NCBI RefSeq assembly: GCF_001194135.2
Contig: NC_068999.1
Span: 27,293,512 to 27,353,881, forward strand
Source of the DNA: Octopus bimaculoides
Taxonomy: Eukaryota
DNA length: 60,370 nucleotides
Reading direction: 5' to 3'
Shown here: positions 25,851 through 38,019 of the stretch, one piece after another
How positions within the stretch are numbered: the first letter of the stretch is position 1
Layout: every line of letters starts with the position of its first letter
The notes under the pieces: generated by a model
What the model saw: only the letters and a program-made list of their open reading frames with translations
What the model was told of the DNA's origin: nothing
The model's database searches: none
Position numbers and translations under genes: made by a program

Positions 25851-26888
25851 TTATCACCGCCTTAGCGAAGGCGGAGATATTGTTTTCTGTTGTGTTTGTT
25901 TGTTTGCTTGTGGACAAGATATCTCAAGAACTGCTACGTAAATTCGGATGAAACTCTCAGGCATGTTTCGCCTCGTGACTAGCACGAACTGATTACATTC
26001 TGAGATCAATCCTGTACCGGACAAGGATTCTGGATTATTTGTTATATTTACTTTACATGAAGTATTACGATCTTACGTTCACTTTCAAGTCTTTCTCTGA
26101 TTATCTCCCTTGAAAGCACGCTCATGGTTTCCACGTAAGTTGTAGTGGCGTCCGTGTTTCCAAAGTTTTATTTTCGTTTCTCTATTATTAATTTTACTCG
26201 CGTCTATATCTTAGTAGAAATTGATGGATAAAGAAATCAAACTACATAAACAAACGGCAGCAAAACCGTTCAGAAATGAAATGACACTAACATATTGATT
26301 AACAATAATAGATTTAATTTATCCTCGACAATTTTTAGTTTTACCAATTTTGAACATATCGCTCCTGTTTAAAACCTCTAACCTACTTGGCAATCGCATT
26401 TCTAGCTCTGCCTTGAAGAAAGGTTTACTTCTTGGACTCACGTTTTTGTGCGCAACGATGTTGTTAAACTTCCGTTTACAGCACCGTATGAAGGTCCTTT
26501 CCGTTTTCTTTCACGTACGGATAAGTTTTTCACTATAGACCTTAATGGTCATAAAGACATTATTTCAGTGGATAGACCTAAAAAAGCCTTCATAGAGAAA
26601 ACTGTGCCTGTTCCCACTGCAGACGACACACACAGCATTACAAACACACGGCCCGCACACGCACCTTCACATTCCATGACTACCATTGGGATCGATCTGG
26701 TACCGGACAAGGATTCTGCATTATTCTTCCGTTTTTTTTTTTACTTACGTTTTGAAAGCGGTTGGGTTCAGTTTTAGTATTCTCGTTTGTGAGAGTAGTC
26801 GAGTTTATTTCAGATATTCTCTTAAAAATCCTCTCCGGCTAATCGTTGAGAGGACGTTGGTGTTGCCTTAGCGGAGGTTTGCGCTCTC
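25851..26888 (+). mobile_element. Helentron-associated (HINE/DINE-1-like) non-autonomous element, split around a ~650-bp insert
   Basis: Terminal hairpin CCGCC-TTAGCGAA-GGCGG 25857-25874, (GTTT)n, GATATCTCAAGAAC...CGGATGAAAC box, terminal CCTTAGCGGAGGTTTGCGCTCT; 19-bp core GTACCGGACAAGGATTCTG present twice (26014-32, 26700-18). Confidence 0.6.
26350..26600 (+). pseudogene. Gypsy/Ty3 integrase C-terminal (GPY/F) fragment
   Basis: ORF 26448-26777 begins RNDVVKLPFTAPYEGPFRFLSRTDKFFTIDLNGHKDIISVDRPKKAF. Confidence 0.82.
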
Positions 26889-26914
26889 TTCTTCTTCTTC
26901 TTCTTCTTCTTCTT

Positions 26915-26980
<66 letters not shown>
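26886..26980. repeat. (TTC)n-(TTA)n microsatellite running into a gap
   Basis: Direct reading. Confidence 0.95.
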
Positions 26981-27125
26981 NNNNNNNNNNNNNNNNNNNN
27001 NNNNNNNNNNNNNNNNNNNNNNNNNNNNNNNNNNNNNNNNNNNNNNNNNNNNNNNNNNNNNNNNNNNNNNNNNNNNNNNNNNNNNNNNNNNNNNNNNNNN
27101 NNNNNNNNNNNNNNNNNNNTGCTCT

Positions 27126-27223
27126 TATGTTTACTGTATTGAAAGTGTTTTGCGTAGAATGTGTGCAGTACCCAGTAGTGTACTGCACACATTCTACGCA
27201 AAACACTTTCAATACAGTAAACA

Positions 27224-27225
<2 letters not shown>
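27126..27225. repeat. Perfect 46-bp inverted repeat with 8-nt loop (TA-flanked MITE-like hairpin)
   Basis: 27126-27171 is the exact reverse complement of 27180-27225; loop CCAGTAGT. Confidence 0.95.
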
Positions 27226-27289
<64 letters not shown>

Positions 27290-27769
27290 CACACGAAAGG
27301 CTTTGCATTGTTTATACTTATGTCGTAGATGTTATTTGTTTCTTCCTCTCTTGTCTATTGTGCTTGCAGAATAGTGTTGTTGTTATTGGAACCGTTGGTG
27401 TTCTCCGACAGATTCCTCGAGAGTTCTGTCTTTTTTTTAGATAGGGTGACGTATTCTGATTTGGTGACGCTCCTCACTTTCTCCCTCTCTCACATACGAG
27501 CGTCACCGCATTCAGGCGTTTGTCTATGTTGACTACAAATTAATTGAATTGACTTGTCACCCACAACTGGGGAACAAAACAAGAAAAGACGCTCACCAGT
27601 CGATAGCAATCAACCTGCTGTTCACGATGGCATAGATTTTAAATGTGTAAACAAAAGTATTCTGCGTTATTTTTTATAAAAACCTCGGAGCGAGGTCAGC
27701 GTGGAATGGTAAGCTAACGGCCATAATAATAATAATAATAATTATTATTATTATTATTATTATTATAGC

Positions 27770-28634
27770 TGAACGATATTTCAACAGTACGTCTGTCTTT
27801 GTCAAGTTTAAAATAAGAAGTGATAAAAATTCAAAATTACAGAAATTTAAACGTAGAGTATGAACGAGAGCAACCAGCGTCCACACGTTGATGGAATGAC
27901 GTCATCAGCTTTTAAGTTACGATTTTATAACAGCCGAAAAGAAAAAGACAAAAAAAAATAGAGAAAAGAAGACGACAGAAAAAAAGGAAAGAAAAAAATA
28001 AAAAGAAGAATATTTAATCAAACAGTTTTGTATAAATTTGATGGTATTCTCCTGTCCTCTTATTCATTCCTCCAGGGCGTGATGTTAATAATCCGCAAAC
28101 ATATTTCTCCTCATACATTCTGAGAAGTGAAAGTGGAGCAGATTCAGAATATTTTCTGAGAATATGCACTTTCAAGTCTTCTTCAAAATTGCAGCCGCTT
28201 GAAACGAAATGTTCAGCAAGTTCTGTCGAACTACTGTTATTGTGTCTGACGTCGAATCTGTGCCCATTAAACCTTTTGTTTAATTGTTCTGTTGTACAAC
28301 CAACATAAATTAAGTTGTGTTTCGTGCATTCTGCAGCGTACACCAAATGGGAATCTTTACATGTTCCACCTTCTGTATAAAACATAACATTTCTGTTATT
28401 TCTGATGGAATTCACTTGACTCCTGTTGTTGCACAATGAACAAGGCTTACCTCTCTTGCGGTTGTTCTTTAAGGTACAGCGTGCAGATACTGCAATGTTA
28501 GTTTTCTTGGAGTCAGATATAGAGGTTAATAATTCTCTTATATTCTTATTCCGTCTATAGTCTACAACAGGCGGCTGAGGAAATATCTGTTTGAAATGAG
28601 GATATTTTTTCGCCGTTTTCCTTTTAGACACCAC
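27770..28634 (-). mobile_element. Penelope-like element 2: 5'-truncated, open GIY-YIG domain plus 3' UTR
   Basis: ORF 28014-28634: CTLKNNRKRGKPCSLC...CKDSHLVYAAECTKHNLIYVGCTTEQLNKRFNGHR...EEKYVCGLLTSRPGGMN; 3' UTR similar to 32850-33060. Confidence 0.92.
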
Positions 28635-28838
28635 CCACTGTCTCTCTCACTGTCTCTCTCACTGTCTCTCTTTCTCTCTCATTTCCCCTCTGTTCCTCTC
28701 CTCTCTCCCGCTTTGCCACTCACTTGAACTATAGCTCCTCTGGTTCCTCCTCTGTTTAACACTTTTTGTTTCTCTTTTTCTTTATACTTCTCCCTTCAAC
28801 TGTAGAAAAGTAACAGTAACATCCACAGCTATTTTCTG

Positions 28839-28940
28839 AGAGAGAGACAGAGGGAGAGAGAGACAGAGGGAGAGAGAGACAGAGGGAGAGAGAGACAGAG
28901 GGACAGAGAGACAGAGGGAGAGAGAGACAGAGGGAAAGAG
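28839..28940. repeat. ~16-bp purine minisatellite (GAGAGAGAGACAGAGG), ~6 copies
   Basis: Direct reading. Confidence 0.85.
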
Positions 28941-28977
28941 AGAGAGGCAGACAGACAGATAGATGGATAAATAGGTA

Positions 28978-29009
<32 letters not shown>

Positions 29010-29322
29010 AATTGGTAACATTTCTTTTGGCAATTTCCATATTTTCAACGGCTTTATATATCCTCGAAAACGAAGTTTTCTAGCGTTTCTGTATGAGAAT
29101 CGTTCCATTCTCTTTCACTATTATTCTCTATCCACTCCCTTCCTTCAATCAATCTCTCTCTTACTAAATTTCCCTCTCTACATCTCTCTCTTTTCCCATC
29201 CCCTCCCCTCCCTTCCCTCCCATCCCTCCCCTCTCCCTCTATGTCTCCTTGCTTCTAACTGTCCTCCTGCGTTTAACGCGTTATATTTCTCTTACCACTC
29301 AGCGCTATCAAACTCCCTCCTG

Positions 29323-29468
<146 letters not shown>

Positions 29469-29799
29469 CTCCCTTACTTCCTCCTCTTTGCCACTCTGCC
29501 TCTCACTTCAGCTGTACTTCCTCTGCTTCTGTCCCTCTCTCCCACTCTGCCACTCACTCCAAGTATATCTCCTCTGTTTAACACGTTTTATTTCTCTTTT
29601 ACTTTATACCTCGCCCTTCAAAAGTACGTACAAAAAGAAAAAAAACTAAGCGTTTTGATATTATTCATAATTATCAATAATATTAAAACGTTTAGTTTTG
29701 ATATTATAATCCTTTATATTTTAATATTATAATCCTAATATTATAATATTATAATCCTAAAATTATAATCCTTTCTGTTATAGGTACAAGGCCTGATTA

Positions 29800-30230
29800 A
29801 TAATAATAATAATAATAATAATTTCTTTTATTTGCTTTTATTTGCCACCAGGGGGAAGGATGAGGGGGACAATACAAAGACAGGCATAAAGTGTGGGGGT
29901 GTACATATAATGGAATGATAAAATAAAAAATATACACTGTATGCATTAGAAGAAGAAGAGTATACATAGTTTATGACACTAGAAAAAGAGGGAAATGTGA
30001 TAGCGATGGGGTCCCCTGATACAGGATGATCTCCAGGGATAATCAAGGAACCCCACCATCCAAGATCACCCTGAATTCCAAGGACAACTCCTTTCTTCTG
30101 ACTCACAGCTCTACACTGAGAGTGGTACCCTCCACTCTTGCCCTTTTCGCATCTTTCACCCACATTTTCATAAATTCACTCGAGGACAGCACCCCCCTCT
30201 CCACCCTCACTTTCCTTTTCAAATGAAACA
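29800..30230 (-). mobile_element. Tx1/L1 LINE 3' end with (TTA)n tail
   Basis: Reverse complement FHLKRKVRVERGVLSSSEFMKMWVKDAKRARVEGTTLSVEL*, then UTR ending GGCAAATAAAAG...AAAGAAATTATTATT. Confidence 0.7.
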
Positions 30231-30239
30231 TGAAAAAGT

Positions 30240-30915
30240 CGATGAGGGCTTTAGCAAAGAGGAATGTTTTTGTCTTTGTTTTGCTCGTGTTTTGTGGCTA
30301 TCTGTATTAGTTTTCCTTGCTTCTGAAGTAGGTATTTTTGTAGTCCTATGGTGGTTATTTTATAATAGTTTTTCAGTTGTATAAGACCCCTACCACCTTC
30401 TGTACGTTGTATATATAACTTTCTATGTCATATTTTGGGTGGTGCATCCTAGATCCTGTTATTATCTGTCATTATTTTTCTTGTTTTCCTGTCTATTTTG
30501 GTTAGTTCGTTTAGTGTCCAGTTAAGGATATTGTAGCTGTAACTTATAACTGGGACGGCTAAAGTGTTAATACCTATTATCTTGTGTTTAGCATAGAGCT
30601 CTGTTTTTAGTATTGATCTAACTCGTCTATAGTATTCTTTCTTTATTTTCTCTTTCATTTGTGTGTGTTGTATCCTATCTAGTCCATTGATTCCTAAATA
30701 TTTGTATGACTGGCTTTAGTCTAATTCTCTTATTTCATTGGCTTTATCTAGTGTGATGTTGCTACTCTTACCTAGGTTGCTTCTTTTCGGAGTTGCTTTT
30801 GCACATTTTTCTAATCCAAATTTCATATCTATTTCTTTGGTAAATACATGTGCTGTCTGTAGTAGTGTTTTCAGCTGTTTATCATTTGTAGCGTATAGTT
30901 TTAGATAATCCATAT
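30240..30915 (-). mobile_element. R4/Dong-type RT C-terminal/thumb fragment
   Basis: YMDYLKLYATNDKQL...KFGLEKCAKAT...YKYLGI...KEYYRRVRSILKTEL...HHPKYDIEKLY...GGRGLIQL. Confidence 0.9.
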
Positions 30916-31491
30916 ATATATAATATATTATTATTGAGTGAGAGAGCAGTGCATGCCATCAAAGTGACACTGGGGTAAAATATACGAAGCCCAATATACC
31001 CATCATGACTACCCGTCTGATAAGGATACACCAGGCACATGCATCAGAACCATATGTGCGCGACATGGTGATCTCATATCAAGATAAACAGCGCATGACC
31101 TCGCAGGTGGGGCCCAGTTAGAATTTTCTTCAGGTCGAGTAGCCCATTCCACACAAAAGGTTTCTGAATAAGGTTTGTTTAAGGATGTTGAGCAAAACAC
31201 CCATGTTTTCAAAGGTGAATTATTCAAATCCCAAAGAATTCCTCTCAACACATGGCTATAATGCTCCCCCACTACTTCTGCTCATGATCAGAGATGCACA
31301 TATCGTCAGCCACTAAGGGACATGCTCAACTGGTTACGGTCAAACAACTGACAAGCAAATATGTGGTATTAAGCAGAATATTTGCTGTAGCCCATCTTTT
31401 TATACCAAAACAAAACAATGTACATGATAACACTTCCAATCAATTAAGATCAGAAGCCATGAGAGCCACTGCCTGGTACTGCATCCGGGCA

Positions 31492-31539
<48 letters not shown>

Positions 31540-31612
31540 CATTATCATCATCATCATCAACATCATCATCCTCATCATCATTATCATCATCATCATTATT
31601 ATTATTATTATT
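31492..31612. repeat. (TAT)n/(CAT)n compound microsatellite
   Basis: Direct reading. Confidence 0.97.
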
Positions 31613-31614
31613 GA

Positions 31615-32712
31615 AGGCGTCGCACTGTATCTAATATTGTGATGTTGCAGATTGAAGATATTATCTACCGGGGTACAGTCAGTACTTTACGCAGTACGTG
31701 TGCTGTTCCAAGTAAAGCGTAGATTGTATGGTATTTCTAAAGTTTCCAGATGTTTTCTTCGAGTTAGGTGGTATTGAACCCTGTGCTCTGATGAAACAGG
31801 AACAATCTTTATGTTTGACTCACGCAGGTATATACCCCTTTTCCCTGGGTTGGTATTCAATGCCTGATTCTTGACAGCGATAATTAGGCTTACAGTTTTC
31901 TTTTTAAGCCACCTTCATGATTCTTCCTGGTATTTTAAGTTGTTAGTTTTACGGTGTAACTGATCATGTAATTCCAAGCAAAATAGAGTTTCTTCTCTCG
32001 TTGGCTATTCGTGATGGGGATTCATCAGCACTGTAAAATCCATTATTGGTACAGTATGCTTTTGCATTAGCAGCATACTGTAGCAGGTCTAGTTCTCTGT
32101 TTACCAAATACTCTGCCATGTTTCTTCTTTCACTGTCGATGTACTCTCGTACTCTAATAAGGCCACGTCCACCTCTACACCTCTTCATGTACAGCATGTG
32201 TACGTTCACCTTAGTGTGGAGAGAGCTATGCACTGTCATCATCTTTCGGATAGTGCGATCAAGTTGGTCAATTTCCAATCGTATCCATTTCAGAATGGGT
32301 GCACAGTTCTATGCCCTTACAGTCTGCTCTTCTTCCCCCCTCCCCCGCTTCAAAATGAGCACCAGTTACTTTGAGATTCTGAATGTCATTCCTGTACTTT
32401 TGCTGTACAGTCTGAACCATCCTCTCCTTCTAGGGCTCTGTTTTTGTGAACAGTTTTAAGAGAAGGGGGTTGAAATGAGGTACATTCTTCTTCAGCTCGT
32501 AGTGTGCGTTAACTTTGCATAGAACTACAGAGAGTGGGATCAAGGCTGTAACGAATAGCAAAGGTGAACAAGAATCTCTCTGGAAGATACCTCTTTTGAT
32601 TGTTACCTCGGATAAGTGCTGGTTGTTAAAGAAAAGACGTGTTTTCCAACTAGGCATGTTGCTCTTGATCAGTGCATGCATGTTCTCAGCTACTCCACAC
32701 ATGTCGAGTATT
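31615..32712 (-). mobile_element. R4/Dong-type element with its 3' end, internally deleted
   Basis: IKRGIFQRDSCSPLLF; LDRTIRKMMT..LYMKRCRGGRGLI; terminal LLGTAHVLRKVL followed by a short UTR and (TAA)n. Confidence 0.88.
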
Positions 32713-32717
32713 TCCAG

Positions 32718-32769
<52 letters not shown>

Positions 32770-32849
32770 GGTAATATGAAGAGCGCGATGCGATTGGATT
32801 GCAATAGATATTTTATCGGTTTGAATGATATTCTATTGGTTTGAAAGAC

Positions 32850-35130
32850 AGCTTGCCTGTCTTTGTCAAGTTCAAAATGAAAAGTGATAAATAGAAATTC
32901 AAAATTACAGAAATTCAAATTCAAAAGTTTGAATGAGGGAGGAGATCCTACGTTCCCATTTTGACGCAATAACATCATCAGTCTTCGATTTTCAATTTTA
33001 CAACTGGCAGAAAGAAAAAAAGAGAAGAAAAAGTGAAAAGAAAAGGAAAAAGAAGGAGAATATTTAATCAAACAGTTTTGTGTAAATATAATGAAGTTCC
33101 TCTGTCATTTTGTTCATTCTTCAGGGGGTAGTGTTAATAATTCACAAACATATTTCTCCTCATGCATTTTGAGGACTGAAAGTGTAGTAGATTCAGAATA
33201 TTTTCTAAGATTATGCACTTTCAAGTAGCCGTTTGATATAAAACGTTCGGCAGATTCTGTCGAATTACTGCTATTGTGCATGACGTCATATCTGTGCCCA
33301 TTGAATCTTTTGTTTAATTGTTCTGTTGTACAACCAGCATATATCAAGTTATGATTGGTGCATTCTGCTGCGTACACCAAATGGGAATCTCTACACTCCC
33401 ACCTTCCGTATAAATCAAAACATTTCTGTTATGATTCTTGATGGAATGAATCGATTTGATTCATGTTGTTGCACAATAAACAGAGCTTACCTTTCTTGCA
33501 GTTATTTTTCAAGGTACATTATGCAGAAACTCCAATGTTAGTTTTCTTGCAGTCAAAAATAGAGATTAATAGTTCTCTTATATTTTTATTCTGTCTAAAA
33601 GCCGAGGTGGCTGAGGGAATATTTGTTTGAAACGAGGATATTTTTCCGCAACATGCTGGTAACTTTCACGTAACACTTTTGAAATGCTAGCAAAATTTTG
33701 GTGCCAGTTAATCATTAAACGAATTCTATCACATACTTTTTACTTTGTTTGCAATACCTGTAAATTTGACTTTCCTTGCTAATCTTAGCTGTCATTTGCA
33801 ATTTCCTTTAATCGTGGTCCACTGTGACCATGTTTGACATACTAGTGTCCAAAAGTATTTGCATGTTTCTAGTAATCCCCTATATCAGTACAAATCGGTT
33901 TTATCCTCAAAAATTGGGATTTCGGATTTGGCCGAATTATGAAGTGGTTGTTCGGAGCGGCGGTAGAGGCAAATAGGGGATGATGTGGGCTAGCAAAATA
34001 ACTCTGTCACTATTCTGCCTCCGGAAAACTTAACTGTTGTGTCCAAAAAGTCAACGCTAGACGTAAATTCTATGTTGGACTTAAAGCCATAGTTTTTAGC
34101 ATAACAGTCACAGAAATGCAAGTCAGTTAAACTGACTGTGATCATTCCCAAACAAAAAAGACGTCATCAATAAAACGTAACCAGAGCATTGGTCCATGAC
34201 CATGAAGGGGTTTGAATGTCTTCAGTAACTGTGTCTCGCATTTCGCCGTGCAAACTTTAACGAAGTTAACCGCCGTGGAGGCACCCATGGCGCAACCCCT
34301 CTGCTAGTGGTAAAATTTTTGTCTAACCTTGAATGTGTTACTTTGTGACAAAAACCTCAATAACTCACAGAGAAAATTAGATGAAATACTGTCTTACAGA
34401 GGCAATTGGGATATAGAGAAGTTACCTTAATCCATGGTTACCTTAAAACAGTTTTCGACATTGGTTCTTTGCTCAGAAAAGTTCTTGATTTTAGACACAA
34501 AATCAAAGTATCCCGAATATAGGAACTTGATTTCTTTGCGACAGAGAGAAGAAAGCCATGCAGCCGCTCCGAAATTTTGGCTGTACAACATCCATATACG
34601 CTGCAAATTTGGGCGCATTCGAGGAAATGTTTCGAACTTTTTGTGTATTTTTGGGAAACCATAAAATACAGGTGTTCTTTCTGACCGTAAAATCCTGGAT
34701 TCAGCCTTATTTATGAAATTGTTTTCCTCCATTTCTAGAATTATTTTGTCAAGTTCCTCTCTATAATTAGGGTTTGGATCGACAGGTAATTCTTCATATG
34801 AAGTTTTGTCACTTAAAACTTCTTCACAAGCCGAAATATACTCACACTTGTCCATAATTACAATAGCGCCTCCTTTATACGCCATTTCAATAACAATAGA
34901 ATCATTATTAGCTAGACGATGGAGTGCGTAACGCCGGGTATTTGTGAGGTTATTCGAGGATTTCTTTCCACTTGTTTTAAAGCTTTCCCCAATGCCTGTT
35001 TGATAAGATTCAAGAAATTCCAGTAGTGCTTGTGAACTTCCATCCCAAACTTTATCTGAATACCATTTGGGATTCTTTTTAATCTAATTATTCCAGATTC
35101 TATCATCCTCATTTTTATTTTCAGTAAGCA
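32850..35130 (-). mobile_element. Penelope-like element 3, near full-length but disrupted (RT + GIY-YIG + 3' UTR)
   Basis: AYKGGAIVIMD..PVFYGFPKIHK..RP (34427-34885); QRGCAMG; WLRFIDDVF (RFIDD at 34163-34177); VYAAECTNHNLIYAGCTTEQLNKRFNGHR (33114-33380). Confidence 0.92.
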
Positions 35131-35196
35131 TAGGGTTTTTGACTCCCTGTTATCATTTATTTTTTCAAAATATCATCATCATCATCGTCGTCGTCG

Positions 35197-35236
<40 letters not shown>

Positions 35237-35239
35237 ACT

Positions 35240-36350
35240 TTTATTCACCTTTCAACGAATTTGCTGGAAGGCAACACTTCCCTTTCTGTCAGTTTCCTTC
35301 TCAAGTGAAACCCCATAAAGTTGATGAGGGATTGGCCAAAGAAGAAAGTGTTTGTCTTCAGTTTCGTCCACTAAACAACTTCTTTTGCCATGGCCACCAA
35401 CCTGAAAAATACTGCTTACCTTTTCCGGCCAAAGGAGTGCTGCAAAGAGATCTTCACAATGAACTCAGCTGATAACCACATCTGTCCTATACGTGACAAC
35501 AGCTGTCCGTCATAAACTCACAAGTCAGCAATGTTTGGGCACTGGATGAGTGCGTGCAGAACGGCTTCGTCGCACTCCACGCATCGCTGACAGGTCCGGC
35601 TCCAGGTACTACAATGCCTATACAGTTTTCCCCGCACCAGTAATGTCCTAGGTAGCACTGCAAGACTAGAGATTTCTGGGAGTTATCCAAGGAACTCGGC
35701 TCGAAAGTCCCCTGGGACAGACCAGCATTTTGATGTTCGTCGACGTCCAGAGTTTCCCTAAGAATGTCATCACACTAGCTCGCCACTAATTCTTAGCTAA
35801 ACGTAGAACACTAACGAATAATGCCACCGACCACATTGTTCGACTGTTAAAAGGCTGTGAGAGCCCAGCAGTACTTCAGGTGTCAGGCACTATCTCTTAG
35901 TCTTCGCACGACCCAGGATTCCAACTCTGTCAAAGCGACGGGCTGGGGAAACACGTATCTGACTAGCGTGACCACATCTGTTCACCGCCAAGGGAATGCT
36001 GGAGATGCCGCGGCCTCAGCGCATGTCTGTACATCATTAACCACGAATGTCAAGTCCTCCAGCAGCGTACTGGACCATCTGATTAGTGAAACACGTCTTT
36101 TTCATACGCCCTTTTCACAGTTTGGTCAGATGTGAAATGAGGTATGACACAACAGTCAGGTTGTAACTGATGATGGATAAAATGCAGGCGTTCACTATCT
36201 CTGTCCGACTTGTCAGGGATAGCTTCTTCTCAGCTTGTTTCTGAGTGGGACTGGCTACCTTGTTCACCACGTCATCTCAGTTCTGGTCCAATTGGAGATC
36301 TGGACCAAACCAGACTCCGAATAATTTAACTGGTCTGTCCGTCCAGTGAA
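35240..36350 (-). mobile_element. Tx1/L1 LINE RT C-terminal and zinc-finger region
   Basis: WTDRPVKLFGVWFGPDLQLDQN*DDVVNKV; GKLYRHCSTWSRTCQRCVECDEAVLHALIQCP. Confidence 0.82.
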
Positions 36351-36354
36351 CTAT

Positions 36355-36775
36355 GACGCTATTGGACGAGATCGAAATGCCTCTTAACATTCTGAGTTAA
36401 AATACTCCCGAGGCCGACACCCTTTCTTCCTTTAGAGGTCGATAAAACAAGTACCAGTCGAATACTAGGGTCGATGAAATCGACCAGCCCTCTTCCTCAA
36501 AAATTTCAGACTTTGTACCTATAGCATAAAGGAATATTACAATTACTTTTAATAGTAGCAAGATGGCGAGCTGGAAAAATAGTACACCGGATAAAATGCT
36601 TATCGGTATTTTGCTGGTTTTTGCGTTCTTAGTTCAAATTCCGTCGAAATTGACTGTCTTTCATCCTTTCGGGGTCAATAAAATAAGTACCAGTCATGTA
36701 CTATAAAATACGTCCCAGTCATGTAACTAGCTCCCTCCATCAAAATTTAAGAGTTTGTGCCTATAGTAGAAAGCC
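36355..36775 (+). mobile_element. Two tandem SINE family B copies (36355-36535, 36561-36775)
   Basis: Both contain GGTC(G/A)ATAAAA(C/T)AAGTACCAGTC and B-box-like TTCTGAGTTAAAAT / TTAGTTCAAATTCC. Confidence 0.75.
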
Positions 36776-36779
36776 GGCG

Positions 36780-37050
36780 GTTTTTATATACCTAGTCGCT
36801 ATGGCGAAAGAGGTTGTGTGGTTGATGCAATTAAAGGGGCTGAAGGCAAATTCTTTCCTGTGTGGCCAATCCTACATCAACTACTTCAAGTTTCACTTGA
36901 AAGAGAAATATGGGTGGGGTGGGAAGTGATGCCTTCCAGCCATTTTGTTAAAAGCTGGTTGAGAGAGGTGATGTGAGTGAATAGACCCGTCCTGAGAATA
37001 GTCGGAGATAAGGAGCTGAGAAAAGTCACCTGTCCCAGAAGTCAGGGCAC
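36780..37050 (+). mobile_element. Tx1/L1 LINE C-terminal fragment
   Basis: AVFIYLVAMAKEVVWLMQLKGL...INYFKFHLKEK, homologous in character to 30100-30230. Confidence 0.65.
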
Positions 37051-37344
37051 CAATGGGTTTTTGCCATGAGCAGCGCTCGAACGTCTACTCTCGATTGAGG
37101 AATACTCATTATTAAAATTTTATTACTTTTTTCTCTTAAACCTGTTTACACACAGGGTCCTCACACCAACACACACACATACACACACACACACACACAC
37201 AGAGAATGTTTTATTATTTACCGTCCTTAATGTTTTCCCTTATGTAAACCTTTGTGGTTAATAAAGAAACTATCATCATCCTCATCGTCGTCATCATCCT
37301 TATCATCATCATTAGTGTTGTTCTTGTTGTTGTTGTTATTATTA

Positions 37345-37520
37345 AGGCTGTAAGCAAGCTGAAACGTTAGCACGCCGGACAAAGAGGTTAGCGGCATTTC
37401 GCCTGTCTTATATTCTGAGTTCAAATTTCACTGAGGTCGACTTTGCCTTTCATCCTTTCGGGATGTAATTGATTTACTGCCTTCAGCAAAGCTGCTTGCC
37501 TTGTGCCAACATTTGAAACC
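37345..37520 (+). mobile_element. SINE family B
   Basis: CGTTAGCACGCCGGAC...TTCTGAGTTCAAATTTCACTGAGGTCGACTTTGCCTTTCATCCTTTCGGG...TTTGAAACC. Confidence 0.85.
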
Positions 37521-37544
37521 ATTATCATCATCATCATCATCACC

Positions 37545-37578
<34 letters not shown>

Positions 37579-37595
37579 TCATCACCACCACTACC

Positions 37596-37629
<34 letters not shown>

Positions 37630-37644
37630 TCATCATTATTATTA

Positions 37645-37708
<64 letters not shown>
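37521..37708. repeat. Compound (ATC)/(ACC)/(ATT) microsatellite running into a gap
   Basis: Direct reading. Confidence 0.95.
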
Positions 37709-38019
37709 NNNNNNNNNNNNNNNNNNNNNNNNNNNNNNNNNNNNNNNNNNNNNNNNNNNNNNNNNNNNNNNNNNNNNNNNNNNNNNNNNNNNNNNNNNNN
37801 NNNNNNNNNNNNNNNNNNNNNNNNNNNNNNNNNNNNNNNNNNNNNNNNNNNNNNNNNNNNNNNNNNNNNNNNNNNNNNNNNNNNNNNNNNNNNNNNNNNN
37901 NNNNNNNNNNNNNNNNNNNNNNNNNNNNNNNNNNNNNNNNNNNNNNNNNNNNNNNNNNNNNNNNNNNNNNNNNNNNNNNNNNNNNNNNNNNNNNNNNNNN
38001 NNNNNNNNNNNNNNNNNNN

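Noticed and set aside
27463-27507. 10-bp inverted repeat GGTGACGCTC/GAGCGTCACC
   Set aside because: Short, with a 25-nt pyrimidine loop and no other supporting feature.
28014-28634. Stand-alone GIY-YIG nuclease gene
   Set aside because: The ORF starts at a GTG created at a CT-rich junction; it is the 3' part of a truncated PLE with a paralogue at 33060-33660.
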